A stretch of DNA of 64,000 nucleotides from Paragordius varius (taxonomy: Eukaryota; Animalia; Nematomorpha): assembly GCA_964247055.1 (NCBI GenBank), contig OZ176050.1, positions 8,122,001 through 8,186,000 on the forward strand, read 5' to 3'. The position numbers were made by a program, and so were the translations under genes. The notes beneath the pieces were generated by a model. That model made no database searches and was not told the DNA's origin. It saw nothing but the letters and a program-made list of their open reading frames with translations. Shown piece after piece: positions 31,201 to 43,800 of the stretch. Each line of letters opens with the position of its first letter. The stretch's first letter is position 1.

Positions 31201-32392
31201 TCCCCGGTGTGTTTTAATTTTGGTTTGGTGTGAATCGTACATACTTTTTTAGAATCTTTATGTAACTTTCAGGAACGTTTTTTCGTCTTAAGCTCTACCA
31301 AATGGTATTCCGTGGTATTCTGTCAAATGCCTTCTCAATATCAATTAAAATAACATTCAACTCCTTTTTCATTTCTATATGATTCTCGATTAGCCTTCTT
31401 ACTGCGTGAATCGGATCAATGGTGGACTTTCCTGGAATAAAATCAAATTGATTACCTTCTATACTAACCATTTTTCTCATTCGTTTCTCTAGTACTTTCT
31501 CAAATAACTTCATTGTATGTGGCATCAATCTTATCCCTCTGTAATTATTACAATCGTTAATATCTCCATTACCCTTGAAAATGGGAACAGTGAAACTCTC
31601 CTTCCATTCGGTTGGTATGATACCTGTGGTAACTATATTATTAAAAATATCCGTCAAAAATTCAATACCTTTCTCTGACATTATTTACCAACAGTTTATG
31701 TTAATATCGTCTGGACCTGCAGCCTTATTTATAGACATCTCTTCTAAACCAGCCTGGACTTCTTCTTTTGTTATACTTTCAATATGCGCAGATATATAAT
31801 CTGGTGTTTGGGGTAAATTTGTTTCACTGACGCCCAATTCAAGGTCCTGGAAATATTCTTTCCACCTTTTCAATATTTTCGCTTCCTCAACGAGTAATTT
31901 GCCGTTTTTATCTTTAATAACTGTCGCGTAAGGGGGCAAGTCCAGCTTTCTTCTGTGTCTTTGCCGAGCAATTTTAAAAACTTTGTTTAGACCTTGCTTA
32001 CTGTTTAACTCCTCATATAATGATGCCGTTTTTTCTTTTTTGTTTTAAGTTCCTTATTAATCCTTTTATATCTTTTCTTGTCTTCTGCATGGTGGGTAAA
32101 CCTCCACATTCTAAAAGCTTTACTTTTCTCTCGCGATTTCAGAATTATTTTTTCGTCTTTCAGCCATGCCTCTCTATAAACCTGATTTCTGCCACCTTTC
32201 ATTCCGCACACCTTAACTCCCGCCTCTCTTATTTTTTTGCCACCTGTTACCAAACACTTTCTGGATCGCTGTTCCTGTCTAGTATGGCTACCGTTTCTAA
32301 AAATGTTTCTTTACTGTTTCTTAAGGAATCCCATTTAATAACCTTCGCTATAAACTTAGGCTTTTTAGTATTTAATGGTATATCTGTCATAT
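28300..32392 (-). mobile_element. Degenerate RTE-clade LINE (part of ORF2), split by hAT B at 28654-30748
   Basis: KAAGPDD, CNNYRGIRLMPHTMKLFEKVLEKRMR, LIDIEKAFDRIPR, YQGSAISSLLF, CKYLG, RLGWFGHVKRR; reading resumes across the hAT (KVKGK../..AVVQPTM). Confidence 0.9.
28654..30748 (-). mobile_element. hAT Buster/SPIN-like defective element B (same family as A, opposite orientation)
   Basis: Termini cagtagtactca...tgagtaccactg; TSD ctgtaaac/ctttaaac; transposase remnants KKRKLSDENR, KPFTNFQLIKECL, KYFSIAIDFST. Confidence 0.9.
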
Positions 32393-32947
32393 GAGATAAT
32401 TAATATTTTCAGCCGCATTAAAAGTGCATTTGTATTATTTTTCTATTTTTCTGCTGCAAATTATAAAATAGGTTTCAACATTTTGAATAGCAAATGTTTA
32501 GATGATAATATTGATTTAAATATATGATACAATTATTATGTTTTTTATAGCTTACCTGCTCGATTTTTCTCATTAAATAATTATGATAGAAGTGATAGCT
32601 TTTCAATCTTTTACCCATTTCCAATATCATATTGAGATTATTTATACATTTGGTATAAAATATCAGGATATTTTAAACTTTGATTTTGTACTTGTGTAAT
32701 GAGCCAGGTCATTATGACGGGGAAGGGGGTGGCTACAGAATTCAAGTAATATTAAAATTAACTTGAGATAAGTAATTTTTGGCACATTTATTTTTCACAA
32801 AAAATATATTATTGGGAATAATATACTAAAATATAATGTGAGAGTGGCAAATAACTATGCAACAAAATGCAATTATATATGAATTATTATATAAATAGGC
32901 AGGATAATATATTCATTGAACCAACAGAGGGCGTGATATAAATGCAA

Positions 32948-35708
32948 TCAACTCATGGCTCCAAATACGGGATTGTATCTGCATATGGATGGACCATATT
33001 CCTGATAATCACGTTTAGTGTGACAAACCTTGTAAAATTCGGGTGTTGAAGCTAACATACTCCCACCAAACCATACAGCATACCTTATATAATAATATAG
33101 TTTATGTTACATCGTTTTTGAGAAAATTCAATAAAATTTGGCATCATATATTTTTAACAGTGGCGTTAAAAACGAACATAATTATAATATATGTATGGAC
33201 CAGTGGATTATTAGAAATCAAACATGCAAATTATCCACGAAACAATAGAAAAATCACAAGTTGTCATAATTAAAGCAAAGGTGGTCATTATTTTCGATAT
33301 TATCCAACACATTTATCATTAATTAATTGGCCTATTATCAATTAAAGCAATATAATAAATTTTATATTAAATGGAAATGTTACAATTTACCTTTGCATAT
33401 GATGACTAATAACGTTAACATCAATAGGTCTTGGAACAATAGCATCAGTTTTAGCTTCACTCGCATATTGTTTCAATCTCCCATCTACAATGCGTTTAAT
33501 GTCACGTTGAAGCCTTCGACCAAAATCTTTGAACATGGTTGATCCTAATAAAATTTAGAAAAAATATAAACAAGAAGTTTTTAAAAATCCATACAATACA
33601 ACTTAAGTCATATAGATTCCGGTTGAGTAAATGTTCTCTTATAACCAAGTTAATAACATTATTTTATTATATGTATTAACAAATCAATTGCATATTCATA
33701 AGATAAAATATTCCTAGAAAGTAATTAATCATTCGATAAACAGATTCATAATTTTCAAATTAAATTTAAATACCAAATATGTTTCTTAAAAAACCAAAAA
33801 AATCACATAACAAGAGTCAATGAACAGATGCAAAAAAATTTAATGTTTCTGAAACAAAATCGGCCAGCATAGTCATATCGTATTCCAGTTTCTTAATAAT
33901 CTGCGAAATCATTAGTGCGTACAAGTAAAAATTAGCCAGAATTAACCATATATGAATATTATGAATTTACTGCATGGCCAAAAAACTACATACCAGGGGT
34001 AATGTGTAATTAATATAAGTCTTAGCAAAAATAAAGCTTGCATAAAATTAATTAAAGCTAAGCTTAAGTAAATAAAACCTCCAGACAAAACAATATTTTC
34101 ATAAAGTGGCCGGCGTGTATCAATGGGGCAGGATTGAATGACAGAATCAACAATATCTGAAAGAGATTCGCGATAATCCGAATTCCAAATTTCGGGACGA
34201 TAAAATATTTCAGGACCGAGGAATCTTTCGTATCCAACATCGATTTCAAATGGTTTTTTGTTAACATTGTTAATACCTAAAATCAGTAAAAACATTTTTT
34301 ATTAATCTACCAAATGTAAAACTTGACCTCAAAAGTAATAATCCTACCTTTATATGATTTTATCCAAGTGAGTGGATCTGTATCATATTTATTAATTTCT
34401 CGACACATATCAGGACATACATAACCAAATTTTTCTTTAATAGCTTTCGCAGTTTCAAAACTTTGTTCTGGAGGAACCGATGCCATTTCTCCACGTTCGC
34501 GTAAGAGTTGTTGAATAAACCCTAAATATAAATGGTAGAGTAATATAAGAGTTAGACTTTTGACCACTATAGTTAACCAATCTGACTGCTTAAAAATGCA
34601 GTCATAAACAGTCATAACAAGTACATATTACCATAAATGCAAATATATAATTTGAGAAAAACCAAAATCGGTCAATATGTTTATTGATATCAAACAATAA
34701 AAATATTTAAAACATTAGTTTATAATTTTATTTTAAATGGTTTAGTTTGAAATCGTTGACAGCCAGGATCAGACCCATTTCTCCATAATAAAAATGTGAG
34801 GAACATTAAAATGTAAAATTTCAAAAAAATGCACAGAATGAAATTAAGTACCAGTAATGTCCCTGCCAGCAATAGGGACATGTTTAATACAGCTGCCTAT
34901 TGCGAATCCTTCAGCCACTGGAATAACATGGGTAACTCCATCCCCCGAGTCAATTACTGTGCCTAAAAAAGCATATATACACAGTTATACCGCTTATATT
35001 AGCAATACACTTCAGTTTTGTGATAATTAAGATGCAGTGATAAAAAAATATTGAGCAAGGAAAGATTTTGTTATATAGAAAAAATATGAAGCTAGCATTA
35101 AATAGGGGTTAATTACCTGTCATAGTCCTTTTCATAACATTTTTTGAGGTCCAACTAGCCGCTAAAGCCAAAACTGCCTGAACAGCTATATAAAGACCTG
35201 GAACTCCAAAAGTTTCAAACATAATTTCTGCCAACAGTTCTCGATTTTCAGGAGGATTAAGTGGTGCTTCTGTCATTAAAAAATAATGATCTTCCGGTTG
35301 TACGCGTAGATATTTAAATATACACCGTTGAAGAAATTTTTCTTTCAGATCCCAATCTGAAACAAGTCCGTGTCGAACAGGATATTTAAGCGAATAAAAA
35401 CCTCCCCCAGCTGGGCCACCAGCAAGAATAGCCTTATCCCCGATAAAGAAATCAAGATCATCAATGTTGCATGGACCTCCACCCAGTGCTAATATGTTGG
35501 ATAATGAATTCGGGTTGCAATTATTGGTATCAATGAGGCATGATGATGAAAATGCATTGCTTAGCAACGGAGCTTGACCAGTTGATGGACCTTCCCGGAT
35601 AGCAACAGCGGTCGGTATTATAAATTGTGGTTCCGAATTCCCTGCAAACCCCATTTTCGTATAACCAGTCCCAACATCCAAAACACAAGCTGGTAATCGA
35701 TCTTTCAT
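32948..35708 (-). CDS. ACTR3: Actin-related protein 3; exons 35708-35117, 34962-34852, 34521-34348, 34276-34079, 33544-33391, 33083-32948
   Basis: [83 protein letters not shown]|[42 protein letters not shown]. Confidence 0.95.
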
Positions 35709-35796
35709 AGATGGGGTTAAAAAATGGAATGTTAAACTTTTTACAGCACAAAATCACATGAATCACCTTCACACGGATAAGGCTCTAAAATAAGCG

Positions 35797-38700
35797 ATGG
35801 CTTTTTCCCATTATATTGATTACATTTTGGAAGGTATTAAAAGCCTGTCGTGTTTTTCTTTTATTTTAATCCCTATTTTTATTTTGTGCGTGCCCAACGT
35901 TAATTGTACTTCTAAGACTTTTAATGCATTCCGGATACAACAGTTTGATTTGCATGGAATACCTTTTGGTTACAATTTGTTTATAATTAAAGGGAGTCGC
36001 AATGTATTATTAAATACGGAAGCTAGAGCCTCATTATCGGCTAACATTGTTAGGAAGAGTTTTATAATTTATTTGCACGAATGTAAAGAATCTCTTTTGG
36101 ATAAAATTGTCTATAGAGTCGCCAGTCTTATTATTATAGTTCCTGATTTACATAATTATACACAGTCTGAAAAAGAGGTATTATATATATATAATTATTT
36201 TAGATTTTAATATTTCTTGAACAAAAGTTTCTTAGTACTCAGATTAACATACCGGTTTACTTGCTAGAACAAAATGAAAATATAATCGAAATAATATCCG
36301 AGCTTAAAAATCAAGACACCCAATATGGTTTAAATGTTTAATTAATTTTTTAGATTCTACGCTTAAGGAATTATATAAATCGTCGATTATGGATACATAT
36401 TATTTAACATATAAAACAAAAGATAAAACTAAAAGCTTATCAACCACCTCTAAATCTATGCTAAACTTTGAGTTAATCAATGTTATGGCTAAGTTTTCCG
36501 GTTCCTACGAGGAAGAAAATCCAACAATTGTTATTATGACGCATTATGACACATTTGGACTTTCTCCGGTAACAACAAATATTTAAAAAAATTTAATTAT
36601 TTTGACATAGCCACTAAAATCATTTAAATTTAAAATCAAGAATGTTGTTTTCTGTTGCTGTGGCTTTATTATTTTAAACATTTGATTAATATAATTATTT
36701 TTTAAAGGAAAAGTCAATATTTATTATCATTTTTATAATGATATTTTACGGATTTATGTTTAACTTTTAAAACTCCCTGATAGGATTAAAATCAGATAAA
36801 ATATTAATCCGAATATATAAATTGATAACCCTTGGTCAGCGGTCTCAGAATCCTTATATAAATTTTCAACTTTGCAATTTCAGTATAAAAGCAGTCGGTA
36901 ATACATAAAAGTTAATTAAAAATTTGAACCTCACTTGTCTATTGTTATATAGATTAAGTAATAAACAAATAAATAAAACAATATACATTTTTAAATATTA
37001 AAGTTTGAAAAATTTAATAACAGGCACTTTCTTATGGCTGCGAAAGTAATGGGAGTGGATTGGCCGCTTTTCTTGAAATAGCCCGTATATTAAAGATCAT
37101 CTTTGATAGCAAATATACCAAACCAAAGTTTTTTTGTTTTTCTTTAGTACAAATTGTTTAATAATTAGTATAAATCAAACTTTTTATGCTCACTTGAATT
37201 TTTATTATCTTTTATCAGGAAAAGTACCTTTTTGATCATCTTTTTTCTACAATAATATTTATTCTCACAAATTGACAATAATAAGTGTATTTACCAACAT
37301 AATTTTGTTTAAATCTGGCGATTAGGCTAACACATGATTTGATTCTAACAAAAGTTTTTGGGCGGAATTTTTTTAAAATACATGTTTTGCATTAAGTCCC
37401 TCAATGATTAGTGTTATTTTTAAATTTATAAAAAATTAAGATTTCGATACGATACTGTGTTTTTTCTAGACGTTGATATATTGTTTTTATTATACTTTCA
37501 CAACTTGTATGTATTATGTTTTTTTAGATTCAACATTGTTTTGGTTCTTACAGCTGGTGGTAAATACAGCTTTCTTGGTGCTAAAAAATGGGCTCAAAAT
37601 CTCGTTGAACATACTGGTATATTAAAATAATTACCATAATTTCATTTTTTATGCTACCCTGTTAAATTTTCTCGGAACATTAATTATCAACTAAATTAAA
37701 CATTACACTGTAAGATAAATATTTTCATATAAGGAGCTTAATTCGTTCGATAAGCAACAATACACATGCCTAAAATCCCAAAAATACAATCTAATTATAT
37801 ATTTTTTGTAAGAAACTCAATGTTTCTTTCTTCGACTCATAAAACTATGTAGTTTTTTTATTAGATACACCCTATTCTACTTTTGACTTGTATATTGTTT
37901 TAGATACGCGGTTTATTGTGTTTAAATTGTGTAGAAACAACTACTATTTTAAACTTATGTTTTAAGAGATTATTATTTTAAAGTTTTGGACATTCAAATA
38001 TTTTTAAATGTCTCATAAAACTTTAAAACGTTTAAAATTACAAACTAAACGCTTATTAAATATACAATATTTAGCTATTTTGGTTAAATATTAAATATGC
38101 GTAATTTAGTGCGTATTATTTTTTAGATCTTAACAAATAATGAAAAATGAATTTGAGTCCATTAATTTCCTATATTACAATTTATTTAAAAAATTTAATT
38201 GGGCATATCATTGCAGTATATATAAGTTAAAAATGCTGTTCTATTTTAATATGTGCAGTCCGTTAGATTAAAATTAGTATTTGCTTTATAATTAACTATT
38301 TTTATATAACTCATTTTATAGATTCTTCCATCGCTATTTCAGATATTGCGTTTATCCTATGTTTAGACACTATTGGCAGATCAGTAACTAATGATTCAAT
38401 TGTTGATCAATTTCCTTTACACTTACATATGATGAGACCTCCCAAAAATAATGATTTTTTTTCCAAATTTATATCGGTACAACTTAAATATAAAATTTAT
38501 GCGTAAAGTGTTATACAAATTTCTATTATAATACATTTATATTTAAGAAAGTAAAAATTGAGAAATTGTGCATTAAATAATTAAAATCTATTTTTTCAAC
38601 ATAAATTCTTGGGAAATCAAAAATACTGATAAATTGCTAACTCACTCAATTTCATATTTTAAAATTGGATTCATATAGGCTACGTCGAAAATATAAGAAT

Positions 38701-40723
38701 AAAAAATTTGGTTTTATTAACAAAAAATATTCATTTATTTACATTATAATTAATTTTTACCGTATTTCATAAATCATAATTATTTTTCTGATATGTTATA
38801 GCATTTCGATATAGTAACGAAACCACTTCATGACATATATCCTTCCAACATTAGTAAAGAACGAGGAAGACATCATTTAGCTAATGCAAAACTCATGAAT
38901 TGGGAACATGACCCTTTAGTTTTAACGATAAAAAAGGTCCCTGCCTTAACCATATCAACGTTTTCTGATCCCACTGATAAACATGACAGTATAACGGATA
39001 TTGGGTTATATTTTTCACAACTATAATAAAAAAATAGTGTTTTGCGTTAAAGTTTGTTGTATATCATAAAAAAGTATTTAAATCTTTATTAAGGTTTTTA
39101 CATATTAATACTTTTATGTTTTATTGATTCTATATAATTATTGTTAGTTAATTTCAATTTATTTTTTTAATATATCTAAACTGCATTTTTAAATTAATAT
39201 AAAAAACAAAGTTTTACAGTAATTATCACAGGTCAATAATTTTGTTTTAAAAAATTTGCACATTAATTTAAATTTTTTCACAATCTAACCACCATTATGA
39301 TAACTGTTTATATAATAGTTGCATGTCACTTATACCATCATTATCTGAGAATACGAAAGGATTGGTGGAAAGTTTATTGCGATTCCTTTACTTCAGCGAT
39401 TATGATGATGTCCAGAATGTCACATCCACCTTTTTTCATCATAACAACAATATATTGGATAATTATACAGTAATATGTGTTTTTTACTTTTTAAGAATAT
39501 ATTTATTAAATTATATTAATTTGGGTGATGGTTTCGTTGACATTTCATTTAGTTTTGCGGTAATTAACTGCTTCAGAGCGATTTAAACCTAAATTCAAAA
39601 ATATAAAAATGACCCCAGTTCTTTCCCTGAATTTAAAAATATATCATGATGCTGATTATGAAATTTTTGTATAGTAAACAATTTTTGTTTTATGCAAAAT
39701 CGCTAAAACATAAAATATATACAATATAATTAATTAATATTTATTTTATTTAATAGGATTTAGCTATATAAATTTTCATTGCATGTCGAAAGATACCTAA
39801 TAAGGGAGAGTATTTAAATATATTAGAGTAAAAATAACTTATTTATTTTAATCATATCTATGTGCTCGAATAATTTTTTTAAAAAAGTATTTTTTTATTA
39901 GAAAAATCTTATGTAAATGCAGCTTTTAAAAAAGACTTTATTCAAATCCTTCACTTTTATACGTTTCACAATAGAACATTGACGTGGCACATTTGAAATT
40001 TCTGATGGAGACCTTTTCTCAATATCCCAGGTCACAACCATTGTTAACAAAAGAATCTCACATTTTATCATTCATTATGAATCATTTTTCAAGAATGGTC
40101 GGTGGCAATATACGAATTCTCCCTTTTTCGGCTGATAAAAAGTTTCATTTACAAATTCATTTTTATTTTTATAAGTTTTTTTATGTTATATATATTATAA
40201 TTATTATATAAATTTAGTTTATATATATATATATAACAAATTGATAGATAGTATATTTGTTGTTATATTGTTTTAATTCGAATAAATGTTTATTATTGGC
40301 CAAAACCTGTTTAAACACACATTTTTTCATAATAATTAAAAAAAAATGTTGGCTTATTTGACGGACGATTAATTATTTTTTGGAATTTATGATTTGTTAA
40401 ATTATTTTGTGGGTTCTTTGGCCGACTGAAAAATATTAAAAATTATATCGAATTATTTAGAGATCCCGAATATCAATTCTACGATAATTTTGAAGGATCG
40501 ATAACGTTTCACAAGTATTACTTTTTTTTATTTTCTATCATCTAGTTAATTTATTAATTTTCAAACGATATATATGTTAATTTTCATAATATTTTTTGAT
40601 AGATCAAAACCAGCTATCTTTGATTTAATACTATCCGGGTTCGTGATTGTGTACCTTGGAATAATATACCTTTTAATCCTAGTATGTTTTACTATATTAC
40701 AGAACTCAATTATTTATACATAA
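35797..40723 (+). CDS. NCLN: Nicalin; exons 35797-35968, 35993-36177, 36204-36327, 36354-36569, 37024-37127, 37528-37616, 38322-38476, 38802-39002, 39319-39469, 39975-40141, 40461-40514, 40603-40681, 40703-40723
   Basis: FRIQQFDLHGIPFG|SRNVLLNTEAR, PTIVIMTHYDTFGLSP|ALSYGCESNGSG, AGGKYSFLGAKKW, FILCLDTIG, NWEHD, ADKK|DPEYQFYD, KPAIFDL plus C-terminal TM. Some exon ends may be off by a few bases. Confidence 0.92.
35969..35992 (+). other. 24-nt intron (nicalin), in-frame and stop-free
   Basis: gttacaatttgtttataattaaag; removal gives PFG|SRNVLLNTEAR (human PYGTRNAVLNTEAR). Confidence 0.8.
36178..36203 (+). other. 26-nt intron (nicalin)
   Basis: gtattatatatatataattattttag; needed to reach ILIFLEQKFLSTQINIPVY (human FMEIEPEMLAMETAVPVY). 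Confidence 0.88.
36328..36353 (+). other. 26-nt intron (nicalin)
   Basis: gtttaaatgtttaattaattttttag; needed to keep the frame into the PTIVIMTHYD exon. Confidence 0.85.
40682..40702 (+). other. Candidate 21-nt intron (nicalin, last), in-frame and stop-free
   Basis: gtatgttttactatattacag; strong GTATGT donor right after the TM segment; not required for frame. Confidence 0.5.
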
Positions 40724-40821
40724 AATACGACAAGTTTATATTTAAATGCACAAAGTTATGGATCGTAAAAATAAATTTATATCAGAAATATTTTTATTTA
40801 GGGGCACACGAGTCTCAATAA

Positions 40822-43800
40822 CACTGTGCAACAAATTTTATCCTTTTCTTTTAGACCAGAGTGAAAATTACGACATCTTATAGAGGATTTTTTTCTGAAA
40901 ATAATGATATATTATTTTCCTAGCTCTTTTCACGTATCGTATCGTATCGTGTTTGTGTAATGGCTAGCCATTGTATCCGTATAGAAGCTGTCTGTAATAT
41001 TTGCGATCCTGCCAGGCGTTATCATCAATGTTGGCAACACTTAAATCATTATTTATTGTTTTTTCCCAGTTGAATGTTGGTCTGCCCCTGCGATTGTTAC
41101 CTTCGGGATGTAGGGATAAAATTTTATTTGTCCATTGTTCTAGAGCACGTTTGATGTGTCCGAAATATCTGAGCCTATTTTTTCTGAGCATGACATTTAA
41201 AGGTTCAATTTGGTAGAGTTGATGTAAATTTGAATTTGACTTATTGGGTTGGAATAAATTTAGTATCCGTTTTTCTAAGTTCATTAGTTTTTTCTCGATT
41301 GAATCTGTCATTGGCCACGTTTCGCAACCATACAGGAGTATGGGACGTATGCCGGCTTTGTAAATCAAACCTTTGTTTTTTGCTGATATGTGTTTATTTT
41401 TGAGGACAAATTTAAGTTGATGATATTTTACCCAAGCCTGTTGGGATCTATATTTAACTGATTGGTTTATTCCACCTAGGCAATGTATGACATCACCCAA
41501 GTATTTGAAATTATTCACCAATTCGATTTTGGTGTCTGCCATATAAACGTAATTTAGGGAAGTGGATGAGTGATTTATTGTTTTATTTTTACATGATTCA
41601 CATATAAATTTGTCATTATTGATTAGTTTCCCTTTTATAAGCGAGCACTTTTTGTGTACCCACTTATTGCATGATGTACATAGGATTGAATTGAGTTTAA
41701 CATCTAAATCACATACTCCACATGGAAACTTAGGTCGTTCATATACAGTTTCACCCGTTATCATTACCTTTGTTTTGCTTATATTTATATTCATTCCACC
41801 CTTTTCTAAGTGTGATTTCCATGTGTTGTACTTTTGATTTAATGCTTCCATTGATGTTGCGGTGAGGACAATGTCGTCCGCATAGATAAGTTCCCATGGT
41901 GGGCCTTGTTTTATATCTTTTGTTAGGTAATCCATTATTAAAATGAAGAGTAGAGGGCTTAGGATGGAGCCTTGATGAAGACCAGATTCGTTTAGAACAA
42001 AAGCTGTGTTACCTAGTGTTAATCTGACGCAGTTTGTTGTTTTGTAGTACATCATTTCTATTGATTTAATTATCCAATCATCTATGCCTGTTTTTGTAAC
42101 CCTATTTTTTGAATTATATAGCTTATTATATTTTTTTGGGGGGATCTTACAAATTATATTTTAAAATTCATGTAACATTTTAAAATTTTTAAAAGTCTCT
42201 ACTACTTTTTGATTTATTTGGAAAAAACGAAACTTAGCTCCAAAAAAATAGCGTTTCAAAACAATGAAAAATTAAGAGACATACTGGCATCATTTGAGTG
42301 ACAACTTTTCATTATACATTACTAAAATAATAAAATTTAATTGCTTTTTTATAAATATGAAAAATAGTATATATATTTAATGTTATAATAATAAATTTGA
42401 TATTAAAATGGTAATATTTTTAAATTTATTAATGTTAATGGATAATAAACTCTGTGTTTGAATTAATATTATATGATTTTTAGTAATATTTCAATTATGT
42501 TATTATATATTTTTGTTATTAATTTTAAAGTAAATTTATTTATTCTAAACTACTAAGGTTTTAAAAAATTTAATACAGAAATGATTTCAAAATTATTAAT
42601 ATTTATTAAAATATTTTTAAATAAGACACAATATACGAATATATTTATTATGAAAATTGTTACTTGTTACATATTAATTGCATATATCAAATTTAAATTG
42701 TGTTTAACCATATTAAATGCATAAAAATATTTATTATGAGATTTGATAAATGTTACATCTTAATTGCATCAATATATCATATTTTATTACATGTTAAATA
42801 AAATAAATGCATTAATTTATAAATTTGTATCAGATATTATATCATTATATTTTATACAAATATGAAGATTATTTTAAAAAGAAACATTTTTTGTAATTTT
42901 TTAGTTTATGATCTATATCTGGAACGCGATAAAGTGTCCAAATATAATCTGCCAACATCGCCGTATCACATTTCCCGTGATATATATCTTCCATAGCTAA
43001 AATTCCTGATGGAAGCGCTCCCCCTGTTCATCACTAAATGCCCCTAAGTTATCTGGAAAATACTCCAGATGAGCATGAAGGAAGTGAATTTTAAGAGACA
43101 TGCGCACTCCAAACTCCTGAAAACATTTCATCATTTCGGCCACACCATCCTTGTAACACGGGGATTTGACATTTCCTTAAAAAGCGATGTTCAATATATT
43201 ATTATTTTTTTTAATGAATTAGATATAACAAAAATTACCTTAGAAATTTCGGCAAACCCATATTACAGATTTCCAAGTTCTCAATAATATTACCCAAAAG
43301 TGACATAAACTTATCATCATTAAATATTTTCCTTATCTGAGGGCCGACAAAAATACCCTCTTTAATCTTAGAGTCCGATATCTTGGGAAATATCTGACTA
43401 AGATATTGAAATCCGCGACTGTCTAACTTCGCCATTGCTTTGACCACATTTTTTACTAATCCAAGCTTTATATGTAACGGCGGAAGTAATATATTTTTTG
43501 TATCTAACAGAGGAATTCGACCTATGCTAAAATTACCTGGAGCATAATCATTACGCATAGGAAAGATTTTTTGGTAATGATTTGTTGTATCCCTGCTATC
43601 CCAGCAACAGAGAAAACAACAAAATTTAACAAAACCAAAATTAAGACCTGTTAGAATTGTGGTTACTTTTAAATCCGCACAAATTTGCCACTGAAACTTC
43701 GGATATTGTAACAACGTCAAAAATTTCGATAAATTTTCGTAGTTATCCTTTTTGCAACGAGCATATGCAACAGGGATACTCGGTAAGCTGTTGTTATTAT

